DNA of 64,000 nt, from positions 397,048,001-397,112,000 of the forward strand of contig JBNRSN020000001.1 in assembly GCA_051313645.2 (NCBI GenBank), read 5' to 3'. This document shows positions 24,601 to 36,499 of the stretch, in pieces. The notes beneath the pieces were generated by a model. The model made no database searches. It worked only from the letters and a program-made list of their open reading frames with translations, and was not told where the DNA came from. Source of the DNA: Centroscyllium fabricii (lineage: Eukaryota). Position 1 is the stretch's first letter. The number at the start of each line of letters is the position of its first letter. The position numbers and the translations under genes were made by a program.

Positions 24601-24839
24601 GGACAAATGCAAGAAGTCACACAACACCAGATTATAGGCCAACGGTTTTATTTTAAATCACAAGCTTTCGGAGCGCTGCTCCTTCGTCAAGGTGAACAGA
24701 GAGAGACTGTTCACCTTGACGAAGGAGCAGCGCTCCGAAAGCTTGTGATTTAAAATAAAACCGTTAGACTATAATCTGGTGTTGTGTGACTTCTTGCATT
24801 TGTCCACCCCAGTCCAACACCGGCACCTCCACATTATGA
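24601..24839. mobile_element. Penelope-like element remnant forming an inverted pseudo-LTR hairpin
   Basis: 99-bp arms (24601-24699 and 24707-24805, two mismatches) with a 7-nt loop. TSD cttcttcaggga at 24592-24603 and 24840-24851. Confidence 0.82.
24711..24748 (+). ncRNA. Minimal type-I hammerhead ribozyme-like motif (mirror copy on - strand at 24658-24695)
   Basis: TCAC-CTTGACGA-A-GGAGC agc GCTCC-GAAA-GCTT-GTGA. Stem I TCAC/GTGA, stem II GGAGC/GCTCC, palindromic AAGCTT in place of stem III. The core has an extra U relative to CUGANGA. Confidence 0.62.
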
Positions 24840-26859
24840 CTTCTTCAGGGAGGAAGAAGCCTCCCCAGCAGACCAAGGCTGTGTGGATCCAGGTGGCTGA
24901 GGAGGTCAACTCCTTGTCAGCAACCCACAGAACCTGGCTTCAGTGCAGGAAGAGATTTCATGACCTTCTGCGTACTGGATAAGTGAATATGAATTTCCCA
25001 TCACCCTCAATCTGATCCCCATTGCCTCTCCTCACCAGCACTCAGCTTTAGCAATCTCTTCCTCCACATCCCACTTGACACTGACATCCATGCACCCTTA
25101 CCCATTCCCTCTCTCACTATGGTCACATTCACCTAACTATTCGAATATGCAGTCCTCACACTCCCTATCACTGTGATGCAATTACAACTTACAACACACA
25201 GGGAGGGCCCTTGGTCTAGCCATCTCACTCCATCTTTGTCTCCTTCTAAGCATCTATGCTATGGATTCTCTACACTCACTCCTTCATTCTCACTCAAACT
25301 CCACTTGTCTCCCTCATTGCAGGAAAAGAAAGCTCACAATAAGAGGGAAAAGAACGAGGACAGGAGGAGGGCCACCCTCAGTAGCCCAGCTCACCACCTG
25401 GGAGGAGGCGGTCGTGGGGATCGTGCGAGTGGAGGAGGATGCGCAAGTGAGGGACGGACAGACGGGGGCATCACAGCAAACTGGTGACAGAATAATTTCC
25501 CATCTCTCTCATTGACATTGCATGAGTCGCTGATAATGATTCTACCAGGTGGACTTATGATCATCTGCAATATGCAATGTGCATGTAACCTTGGCCTCAC
25601 ATCTCTGACTCTTTCCTTTACTCCCTCATAGGACCATCGCAAGCACCCGTCCCCACTAGCCAGGAGGAAGAGGCTGAGCATCCAGACTCCTCAGAGGAAG
25701 CTGCAACCTCTGAGGGCGCAACATCACCAGAATTCAGCGCACCCAGCACCAGCGCAGACTCTCACAGCTTGGTGGGACCATTGCGAGATAGAGTAGTGTT
25801 GTCACCTAGTGTATCACAGCTCATAAGTGAGCATCAGCAGATTGTGGAGACAGGGACAGCAGTGGAGAGTCCTAGTTGGAGGGCGCAGGACTCTGCCTGC
25901 TCGGCTCAGCTGCATGTCGACCCTCTTCCTCTGGGTCCATCCATAAGATCAGCGGTGCTGGATCTCCAGGAATAGATGCAGGAGTCTCTGGCAGGTTTTG
26001 TCTCCAAAGTTGCTGCAAGTGTGGAGCGAATGGAGCAGTCCATTGTGAACATGAGCAGAGCCTTTGTGGAGTCATTGGCGCATGAACGCATCACCAGGGA
26101 AAGGATGGCAACCTCCATGGAGGTGATAAGTCACCAGAGTGGAGAAAACATGGTGAGTGTTCAGAATAGAATGACATCTCTGGAGAAGCAATGGTCATCT
26201 ATTGAACAGAGAAACCAGACCTTCATGGAGGTCCTTCTGAGTAGGACTGCTAGTGCAGATACGGGTCCCCATGGCTCTCAAGCCACTTGCAAGCGCCGCG
26301 GGTGACCTGACCCATGAGAGGGAAGTAGGTGGCAGACATCAAGGAAGTGGGGGCTCCTCTCCAAGGGCTCACACTTCCATGCCACTGCAGAGCCCTCGGT
26401 CAGAGCCCCAATAGAGTCCACACCCAACTGAGATCAGCGTCTCAACCCCTGCACAGCCGCAGGAGCAGCAGACTGTTGACGAACCCTTGCAGGTTCACAA
26501 CCCCAGAGGACGCCCGCCAAAATTGTCGAGACAGGAGCAGCAAGAAAGTGAGCAATGGGCCTCCACATCTGCTGAAGCCACAGGGGAAGCAACACGTAGG
26601 AGCACATGTAAGAGAAAGATACTGCACAAATAGTCACAAGGGTAGTCACTTGGGTGAAATTTGATGTTTTATGTTAAAAATTCATCAGATGATTACAGCA
26701 AATAATAAATCTGATGGCTACTGCTGTAGTTGTAGTGTGTGTCATTTCACGAATGGGTCTTTCACATTGAGGGCTTAGGATTACTTGCAATTGTCAGTAT
26801 GGTGGTGAAATTGCTAGGGATCAGCTGGTTCTTGGCCATTGTCGATGCTCAGTTAAGAA

Positions 26860-28045
26860 GCTGCGAGGCACAAATGCTTGATTGGCTAGGCCAGGATTAG
26901 TGTATTCCTTGCATCCTGGGCAGCAATATTCTCACGTACTGCTGCCGCTGGTTGATGGGCCTCTGCAAGATGTTCGTTTTCTCTCTCCTCCTCGTCTGAG
27001 GAGGATATGTGACGAGCCATTTGATCCTCAGGAATCTGCAAGCCACGACGCTGTGCCACGTTGTGAAGTGCACTGCAAACCACGACGATTCTGGAGACCC
27101 TAGCTGCTGAGTACTGCAGAGCTCCACCTGATCTATCCAGGCATCTGAAGCGCATCTTTAGCAAACCGATGGTTTGCTCGATTATGGCTCGGGTGGACAT
27201 GTGGCTGGAGTTGTAGCGCTCCTCAGCTTCGTTGGATGGGCTCCTCAACGGCATAATTCGCTACATCTTCAGGGGATAGCCCTTGTCTCCAAGTAGCCAT
27301 CCGTTAAGTTGGTCTGGTGTACTGAATAGCGGAGGCACACTACACTGGTGCAGTATGAAGGAGTCATGGCAACTGCCAGGGTACTTGGCACAAACGAGCA
27401 ACATTTCCTTCTTGTGGTCACACACCAGCTGAATGTTCAGGGAGTGGAAGCACTTGTAGTTGACATGTGTGCAGTCAACGACACCCTGCACCCTTGGAAA
27501 GCATGCCAGATTAGCTAATCCAACCGCACGCACCGTGACACTTGCTTGATCCTCGGTGAAATGGATGTGATTGTGCACGATGGCAAAGAGGACATCGGTT
27601 ACTTTCGTGATGCAAGTGTGTGCGGCCGCCTGGGAGATGCCGCTGATGTTTGCTGCTGATCCCTGGAATGAGCCTGAGGCAAAAAAGTTGAGTGCAGTGG
27701 TGACTTTGACGGCCACTGGTAAGGGTTATCCACTTGGTCCTCTGGGCAGCAGGTCTTGCTGCAGCATTCCGCAGATGTCACCCACTACCTCTCGCGAAAG
27801 TCGGAGCTGCCTTTGGCACTGCTGCTCAGACATGTTTAGGTAGCTGACCCTGTGTCTCCTGCGCCGATGGGTTTCCATGCGCTGGCCCCAGGTGTGGCTT
27901 CAGGTGGGTGAGCAGCAGCTTGGCGCTACTGTTGTTGCTGCTGCTGCTGTTGGTGCTGCTGCTGTTGGTGACGGTGGCGAGAAGGGTTTCCCAGGAGGTC
28001 ACACTGGAGATGGGTGTCAGGCTCCAAACTTCCACAGCTATGGTT
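26860..28045 (-). pseudogene. Harbinger/HARBI1-like DDE transposase, disrupted
   Basis: [78 protein letters not shown]. In-frame stops (for example at 27261) and a deletion after DCTHV. Confidence 0.92.
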
Positions 28046-30012
28046 ATGCCTGCTAAAGTTCCCACAGACCTGAGACAACTAACTCCTGCCACCTGCAAAT
28101 GATGACTGATCAAACCTCCTATTTAATGTTGAGCTGCAGCTGATAGTCAGCAATTCAATTGTGCTCCCGCCAGGTTTCACCATCGTGTTTCAGAACAGGT
28201 GTGCAACATGTCTGAAAAGGGTTAAACTCAGATATAAAAATGGCATTATAGAGGCAATGTAGTGCTTGTTAAGGGCCTTAACGGCCTATCCTGCCTCTTG
28301 GAGGCGGGACGGAGACGGGACCAGTAGACACAATGTTTTTGAAAATTGGTTGGAGGCGGGATGGAGGTGGGGTTGGGCCCGCCCGCCAATTTCTGCAATT
28401 TTAACCCCCCACACGCCTCCAGTCCCACCTCAACGGCCCAATGAAAATCCAGCCCACGGTCACTGTACTCGAGTATCTGACGTCCAGCCGCTGCTGAAAT
28501 TACGAATGTTAGTCAAGAACTGACTGTCCTGTCTGCGACTTTACTAATATTAAGAACATAAAGGTGGAATTAGTCAGTTTAAAAAGTTGACTCTGCATCC
28601 ATTGTAGTTATGCTACAACCAGTGAAGCTGAAGGAGTGGGAGAGTAATCCTCGAGATACTCAACCTCAAACCTCAACAGAGCACACTTTGGCTTCTATTA
28701 TCAGACCTATCTAGTCTCAGTCATTCGGAGTGATCATTCTCAATCCCAGCAAGAAACAGAGCTCCGTACTTTTAAATGATTTTGTGATATGTTTGCTTTT
28801 ATTTATTACAATTAAAATGCTGATAAGTGTGTGCAAAGCAAACTTTGCAGGGCTCTGGGGAAAGAGCAGAGGATCGGCACTTAATAGATCGCTCTTTGAA
28901 AGAGCTGGCACAGGCAAATGGGTCGAATGGCTTCTTTACTGCATGAATCTGTAATAAGCAAAATAAAAAGACAGCAGTTACATGTCATGCAGCAAATCGA
29001 ATGTTTTCCTTTTCACCTTGATCATAATCCCTCACTCCTAATATTCCCCTGATGTTGACAGCTCTGTCACTTATACTGCAAATTTTGCATGGGTTTGGTG
29101 TGATGTTTATCGCAAGATAATTTGGTCTGCATAAATTGCTGAACTAACCACTGCCTGTATCACTATAGTATCTCTTATACTGGTGTTGTTTAGTTTTGAT
29201 TCAAGGAGACTAGTGTCTATGAACCGGCTCCCAATATTTATTCTGCTAAATTCAGTTCCCCAATCCCGGCAGCAGATGTGTCGAGCCATAAAAACTCGAT
29301 CTACAGTACTGGTCTACTGCTGGGATTAGGGGATCTGTGTTCAGCAACAAAAACAATGCGATATGACTCACTGACCCCAGTCTGCCTGAATCTGAACTGA
29401 AATGGCACCAATGTTAATACAGTCTTTGCGTCACCGATATGTATGCATTCTCATTGTCCCGGAATTCACGGTGAGACTTTTTTGTGTTTGTTTTGCTGTG
29501 AATGAGTGTGCACTGTTTCAACAAAATCACTTTGAAGATGTTGAGAGCTGTTGAAGGAAGACATCTGCACTCTGGCTAAGTGCCATTTTAAGCGGTGTGT
29601 GTGTGTGAAAATGTTTGGTTTCATTTGTTACAGTGAAAATGCTGATAATTGTGCGCAAATCAAAACAAATCGACAACAGACAATTATATGCCTTATACCA
29701 AATGTAACATTTTTGCTTTCAGACTCCCACGCTTAGAATAAAGTTTTTCACTTTGGGAGAAACATTACAAGGTTGTTTGTGTTCGAGCAATCGTATTACT
29801 TATCTGCAGCATTTGTGTCTGAGCTGGGCGCACGCGGTACTGATCAGCCCTTCTGGAAAGACCCTGATATTTCACATTTTTCAGATATAATGGGGGTGAA
29901 ATTGGTCTACACAGGAGTGCGAAACGGGCTCGTTGTGAATCAGCAGACCATTTTACACTATGCCCAATTTTATTTTCCATTGGTTGATTTGCTACGAGCC
30001 CCTTTTTGGCTA

Positions 30013-30405
30013 CTGTGTCAACTGTCGCTCAGTGGGTACCTCTCTCACCTCTTGAGTCAAACGGTTGTGGGTTCAAGTCCCACTCCAGAGACTTAAGCAC
30101 AAAAATCTAGGCTGACACTCCAGTGCAGTGCTGAGGGAGTGCTGCACTGTCAGAGGTGCTGTCTTTCGCATGAGACATTAAACTGATGCTCTGCCTTGTC
30201 AGGTGGACATAAAAGATCCCATGGCACAATCAACGTCACTAAAACAGCTTATCTGGTCATTATCACATTTCTGTTTGTGGGAGCTTGCTGTGTGCAAATT
30301 GGCTGCCATGTTTCCTACATTACTACAGTTAAAAAAAAGCACTTAATTGGTTGTAAACCATTTTGGGACATCCTGAGGTCGTGAAAGGCACTACATAAGT
30401 GCAAG
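30013..30405 (+). mobile_element. SacSINE1/Deu-like SINE
   Basis: tRNA head (gctcagtgg...ggttcaagtcc), same body as 8037, L2-like tail tgaaaggcactacataagtgcaag. Confidence 0.8.
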
Positions 30406-30779
30406 ATATTTCTTTTTTCTTTACTGGTAAAGACCAATTTCAGCTGGCAAACACTGGTATTTAGTCATTTGGGAGGCGGTTGTTTAGCCTCCCTATTTTA
30501 AAATGAGACAATCTTGTCTGAGGCGAGTCCCCTCTCACTCTGGATGCAACATCAACCTTTCACATTGATAGAGCCTATGCCATTAGGGAACATCAAAACA
30601 CACTTGATATATGTTTCCCAAAAAATGTGACATCCACTCTCACTCTGTTAAATGGATAGTGTTGTCGTGGAAACAAGTTTTGCAAGATACTTTACAAAGA
30701 ACATGATTATATGATCAGCAAAACAATGCAGTTGAGTGACAGATTACATCCTGTGCTAACTCTTTGACATTTTTTCTCA

Positions 30780-31145
30780 CTATTTCTTTATTCCCTCCCC
30801 TCCTTTTCCTGAAGGATTTGACTTTTTTCTATGGTACAGTTTTACTGGTGCTGGTCAGTCTGCAGTACCTCACCCATGTAGCCATAATTCATGTGTGACA
30901 CTTGACAGTGGGTATTAGTGACCTATCCAACCATGGCGAGATCACAATCAAGATCAATCTAAAATTTTATCCAACCATCGCATGTGCAGAGACTTTTGGA
31001 TTGCGATCAAGAGCATGAACCCTAGCCAATGTTTTACCTCTATTGAAGCACGACTCCCACTGTGGCAGGCGACATCAGCTAACTCGGCACAGGCTTGCGA
31101 TTGAATCTGGGATATTTCTGCAATGTATGGCTCAGCTACTCACTG
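30780..31145 (-). mobile_element. Old LF-SINE-like element (decayed)
   Basis: gatcaagagcatgaaccctagcc...catcagctaactcggcacaggc resembles the LF-SINE core as recalled; similar to copies at 44-46 kb. Confidence 0.5.
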
Positions 31146-31164
31146 GAAACTATAGGAGTAATTT

Positions 31165-31420
31165 AAACATAGAAACAAAGAAACTAGGAGCAGGAGTAGG
31201 CCATTCGGCCCTTCGAGCTTGCTCTGCCATTCAATGAGATCATGGCTGATCATCCAAACTCAGTACCCAATCCCTGCCTTCTTCCCATATCCCTCGATCC
31301 CTATCGAGCCTGCACCGACACACATCCCACCCTATCCCCGTAACCCCACATATTCAATCCCCCTAACACTAAGGGTCAATTTATCCTGGCCAATCAACCT
31401 AACCCGCACATCTTTGGACT
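31165..31420 (-). mobile_element. HE1-derived SINE with swapped CR1 tail, 5'-truncated
   Basis: HE1 3' body joined after gcaggctcga to the 3' UTR of the young CR1 family. Confidence 0.82.
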
Positions 31421-31717
31421 CACTCGGTGCGAAAGTGAAGGGATCGAATCGGCCGCCCATTGTACACCCTGCCCGATTTTACATTCCATCGCAGACACAA
31501 TTTGTACCAGGCGGTGAACGGCCTAAGCAGTAGTCTTAAAATGGACTGCAGCTGGCCACTCAAGAAAAGACCTAGAATACTTTGGGGAGGAATTTTATGG
31601 GGCCAGGAGAAGCCAGCTGGCTGATTTCCTGCCTTCTCACAAACAGGCAAATTGCAGCGAAGAGCGCCTGTTTGGCGGCCGCAGCTCATTGATGGTATTC
31701 AAATGAGACCCAAACCC

Positions 31718-32108
31718 GGTGGCACAGTGGTTAGCATTGTTGCCTCACAGCACTGGAGACCCGGGTTCAAATCCAGCCTCGGGTACTATCTGTGTGGAGT
31801 TTGCACATTCGCCCCGTGTCTGCGTGGGTTTCCTCCGGGTGCTCCGGTTTCCTCCCACTGTCCAAAGATGTGCGGGTTAGGTTGATTGGCCAGGATAAAT
31901 TGACCCTTAGTGTTAGGGGGATTGAATATGTGGGGTTACGGGGATAGGGTGGGATATGTGTCGATGCAGGCTCGAGAGGGATTTGGGGAGAGGGCAGGGG
32001 TGGGATACTGGGTTTGGATGATCAGCCATGATCTCATTGAATGGCGGAGCAGGCTCGAAGGGCCGAATGGCCTACTCCTGCTCCTAGTTTCTATGTTTCT
32101 ATGTTTCC
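31718..32108 (+). mobile_element. HE1-derived SINE with swapped CR1 tail, full length
   Basis: HE1 head and V-domain, then gcaggctcga|gagggatttggggagag...gatcagccatgatctcattgaatggcggagc...(tttctatg)n. Confidence 0.85.
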
Positions 32109-33052
32109 TGACACCGCTTTTGGGTGGAAACCACCCCCCCCCCCCCCCCAACATCTATGATAGCACCGTGGCAGTCAGCCTGGTGGTCCTGCCATAGAGC
32201 TGTGAAGGCAGGTGACACCCAGAAGCTCCCTAGCAGGGCAACAATGTATGTTTTGAAAAAAAAAGAGGGATGGTTCCGAGTCTGTCTTTTTGATCCAGCA
32301 GTTGGTGATTCCGAAGATGCGCACAGAGCAAAATGGAATTGGCCCTGTGGCCTGGTAGAAAAATACATTGCAGGCCCAGAATTTTAATCTGATCACTCAC
32401 CCCCTGCCGGCTCCCCCACCCCCCGCCTCCCCATAAACATTTCAGACATTTCAAATCCCCGACCATATACTTCAAAACAAGCTACATATTGTATAACCTG
32501 AGGAGTTAATTGACTTTTAGAAGTGCAGGAGTAGAACCTCCCAATGGCACCATGTTGGTGAGTGAAACTTGAGACCTGAGCTGCCATTCATTTTAATAGT
32601 GTCTGGATAATCGGCCCAAAAATTCTTCCAAGAAATGAAATTCCAAACCAGTATTTTATGTACTTACATTTCTCGTATTGGCTTAATGAGATATTATAAT
32701 TCCTTCAGAACTTAAGTCTCTTCTAGTTTTCTCAAATGAATCAGTAGAGTGCCCCCCTCAACAACAGCTGTCTGGCTGGCAGGAACTGGATCGCTTTACA
32801 TTTTCTATGTATGAGGATTAGGTCCATTATGTACAGGTTAACACATAGCCGGGAGTGTGTAACAAAGCTGCAACACATCAAGCTGTTCAGATGTCGCTGT
32901 ACTCTACAAGAACAAAACAACAGAGCTCGAATAGTTTATCAAAGTCATCTGAATCCAGAGATAGGTTGCTGCCTGGAATGACATTCCTCTTGTATTACTC
33001 TACACAATGCCTATAGAGGTACTCACAGTTTTACAAGGTTAGTAGTTAATGT

Positions 33053-33365
33053 GGGCGGCACAGTGGCATAGTGGTTAGCACTGTTGCCTCACAGCGCCAG
33101 GGAGCCAGGTTCAAATCCGGCCTCGGGTGACTGTGTGGAGTTTGCACATTCTCCCCGTGTCTGCGTGGGTTTCCTTCGGGTGCTCCGGTTTCCTCCCACA
33201 GTCCAAAGATGTGCGGGTTAGGTTGATTGGCCATGATAATTTGATCCTTAGTGTTAGGGGGATTAAATATGTGGGGTTACGGGGATAGCGTGAGATATGT
33301 GTCGGTGCAGGCTCGATGGGCCGAAATGGCCTCTATCTGCACTGTAGAGATTCTATGATTCTATG
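33053..33365 (+). mobile_element. HE1-like V-SINE, full length
   Basis: Same family as 8218-8580, with gattctat tail. Confidence 0.9.
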
Positions 33366-33372
33366 ACACAAT

Positions 33373-34284
33373 GGGCGGCTATTTTCAGAGGGCCGTGAGT
33401 GCGGGTTTCTGGCGGGGCGGGGGTAAAATCGCAATTCCGGCGGGCGGGAAGCCACCCCACCAGATCCCCGCCCATTTGCGATTTTTCTCGGGCGGGTTTT
33501 GCCACCCCGAATGTTTCCCGCCAGCCGGCAGCGGCGATGCAGATTGAGGCCGTTGAGGGCCCTTAATTGGATGGGTAATCCTATTTTAAGGGCCCTCAGC
33601 TATTTTAGCCCTCTTCCCACCCAAAACCCGCCTGGTGAAAACCCCGCTGGTGAAAGGTGGTTGGCACCCAGTCGGCTGGTTGTCTGCCACCTTCAAGGCA
33701 TGGGCACAGCACCCACACAGCAGCTTGCTAGCCTCCACCATGCTGGAGGTGCAGCTGCCACCTAAGGGTGGGAATCTTCAGAGCCCCAAAACATAGAAAT
33801 CACTCACCTTTAAATCCTGCTGTTCATATAGAGATCGGTGTGCTGCGCTGTCTGTGAGCCAAGCTGTCAATCACCCAGGGGATCAGTTTCTGTTTACATT
33901 CCATTGAAACCACAAACAAACAGTGACTCACTTCAACTGTTTGTTTTGTGCTTTTAGTGTTCCCTTTCAGACTCTGACATTTCAAAGGCTGTGTCAACAT
34001 GGAAACAAAGGAACCACTTGAGCACTGTCAATCAAGCTTAGTGGTTTCTTACTACTCAGGCTATTCAGGCCTGTCAATCAACAGCCCACCCCACTCAAAC
34101 TGTGAATGAAAAGGCCTGAGTTCCCACCCAATAGTGTGTATTGGAAGCCCAGCAGACCGGCAGGGATTTAATTGGCCACTTGAGCCAAAATCGTTCGGGC
34201 CTCCTAGGTCCTTAGGCAGGTGGGACAGAAAGCTGACCCACCCAAAACCCGACAGCTTTACACACCTTTTTAAAAATTGCCCCC
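33373..34284. mobile_element. Non-autonomous Harbinger-like element
   Basis: Termini gggcggctatttt / aaaaattgccccc with AAT on both flanks. Shares the agggcccttaattgg motif with 12501-13329. Confidence 0.7.
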
Positions 34285-34410
34285 AATGTTTCTTGATGGT
34301 AGGCACATGCAAATATATAGCTGACTAAAACTGTAGTAATCACTATCTCAAACTGCTGTGACTCAAAATTCAATGGCATTATTCCACATTGAGTGCAGGT
34401 GCCGTGATAT

Positions 34411-35550
34411 TGTACCAAATCATTCAAAGTGCTGTGATATTATACTGCGTGAATTTGATTGTGGTGATATTATACTGCATGAATCTGATTGTGGCGATAT
34501 TATGCTGCAGGAATCTGATTGTGGTGATATTTGTACCACATGAATCTGATTGTGGTGATATTATACTGCATGAATCTGATTGTGGTGATATTTGTACCAC
34601 ATGAATCTGATTGTGGTGATATTATACTGCATGAATCTGATTGTGGTGATATTTGTACCGCATGAATCTGATTGTGGTGATATTATACTGCATGAATCTG
34701 ATTGTGGTGATATTTGTACCATATGAATCTGATTGTGGTGATATTATACTGCATGAATCTGATTGTGGTTAAAATATACTGCGTGAATCTGATTGTGGTG
34801 ATATTATACTGCGTGAAACTGATTGTGGTAATACTATACTGCGTGAATCTGATTGTGGTGATATTTGTACCGCGTGAATCTGATTGTGGTGATGTTTGTA
34901 CCGCGTGAATCTGATTATGGTGATATTATACTGCCTGAATCTGATTGTGGTGATATTATACTACGTGAATCTGATTGTGGTGATATTATACTGCGTGAAT
35001 CTGATTGTGGTGATATTATTATGCGTGAAACTGATTGTGGTGATATTACACTGTGTGAATCTGATTGTGGTGATATTATACTGCGTGAATCTGATTGTGG
35101 TGATATTATTATGCGTGAAACTGATTGTGGTGATATTACACTGTGTGAATCTGATTGTGGTGATATTATACTGCATGAATCTGATTGTGGTGATATTATA
35201 CTGCGTGAATCTGTGGTGATATTATACTGCGTGAATCTGACACTGGTGATATTTGTACCGCGTGAATCTGATGGTGGTGATATTTTATGATATGAATCAG
35301 ATTGCAGTAATATCGTACCAGATCACTCAGAATGCAATAATATTGCACTATGCCAGTTAGATTACAGTGATGTATTCGGGCAATCAGATTGTGGTGATAT
35401 TATACCTCCTGACTCATGGTTGTGATATTGTACTACCTCAGTCAGATTGCAGTGGTGATGCACCTTGTGAATGAGAATTATGTGATATTGTGCTCATTAG
35501 TCAGATTGTGGTGATATTGTATTATTTGAGTCAGATTGGGATGATATTCT
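34411..35550. repeat. 30-31 bp AT-rich minisatellite (about 28 clean units plus decayed flanks)
   Basis: Unit gaatctgattgtggtgatattatactgcRt, alternating with a ...atttgtaccRcRt variant. Confidence 0.95.
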
Positions 35551-36499
35551 GGAGAATATTGAGTAGTGCAAGCCCGACACCTGACCCACTCATCAGTGAA
35601 TAATTTCAGAAAGAGATCCTTTAATGGTTGTTAGACTCCTTGAATATGTAAATTTAAGGCCTAACGCCTGTTTTAGGCATCCACCCGGTCATCTAAAAAA
35701 TGGCCCATGAATTTGGCAATGGGACCAATGCCTGCGCAGATTGAGGGTCGGCCCCACTGCTATATTGGTTTGCTTTGCGCCCATTTACGCCTGAGAAACA
35801 AGCACAACATATACCAATTTCTACCCCAATTGTACTCTAAGACAACAATATAGACATGAATGTACATACCTTCTCTAAAAAAATAGCAATTATTTTCAGG
35901 AAACTATAAAACTTTATCATTTGACCTCTGAGCAACTAGTGCTCAATCAATCTTGACTTCAAGAACATAACTCAGTACATGCACTCTTCAGGTGTGACTA
36001 ATTCTCCATCAAATCATTGGCCTGTGTGTGTATGCACGTGCATGCACTTTGCTTCTGAACATATGTTGTAAGTTTGAAAGAGACTTATTTTATGGAGCAT
36101 TTGATCAGGTTGAAGCAGTCACAGCATTTTAAGTGTTTCATTTCCTGTAAAGAAGCATAAGAGAGTGACAATGGAAATTAAATTCTGATGTGTTTTGATC
36201 TCATACAGTATTTCATTACAGCATAACCTAGATTAATGGTTAGTTGTACCATGTACTCACCAGTCATAAATGACATAAATTTCCTCTGTCTGGCTCCTAT
36301 TTCTGAAGTCTGAATTGCCCTGTATATCGGCCAACACCAGCTAGTTAAAAAAAAATCACTGAAGATTGGAGTTTGGAACAAGATGAGCTTGTGATTTTTT
36401 TTTTTTTTTGCTGCTGGCACAGACCAATTTTTGTTATCCATTACTGGTGTCAATGTGGTTTGCAAGGTATAAACAAATGCAAGCTAGCACAATTGAACA

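Larger units (their letters stand above)
24495..26664 (+). pseudogene. Harbinger Myb/SANT-like (NAIF1/MSANTD-type) gene, disrupted
   Basis: Removing the Penelope insert gives MASQRTRSAPRFDDAALQALVEGAREHKEVLFPSSGRKKPPQQTKAVWIQVAEEVNSLSATHRTWLQCRKRFHDLLRTG. Acceptors at ~25322 and ~25631; later exons have stops and frameshifts. Confidence 0.82.
24217..28455. mobile_element. Decayed formerly autonomous PIF/Harbinger transposon (convergent Myb-like and transposase genes)
   Basis: TIRs gggctggatttt / aaaatccagccc. Myb/SANT gene on +, DDE transposase on -. The TSD is not clean (cat / acg). Confidence 0.9.

Noticed and set aside
26860-28045. Host HARBI1 gene
   Set aside because: It lies between TIRs beside a Myb gene and has stops and a deletion, so it is a transposon copy rather than the domesticated gene.
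8037-33130. tRNA-like A/B boxes at 8037, ~9040-9103, 20683, 30013, 31718 and 33053
   Set aside because: These are SINE heads followed by SINE bodies and tails, not tRNA genes.
34358-35290. Repeat-protein ORFs (ESDCGDIILR / VNLIVVILYC)
   Set aside because: Translations of a 30-bp minisatellite with frame-breaking 31-bp units; no splice or domain evidence.
29892-35827. Possible 5.9-kb element bounded by aat-gggggtgaaattggt and accaatttctacccc-aat
   Set aside because: AAT is the common target of this group, both ends look like separate decayed MITEs, and the interior is an ordinary mix of unique DNA and SINEs.
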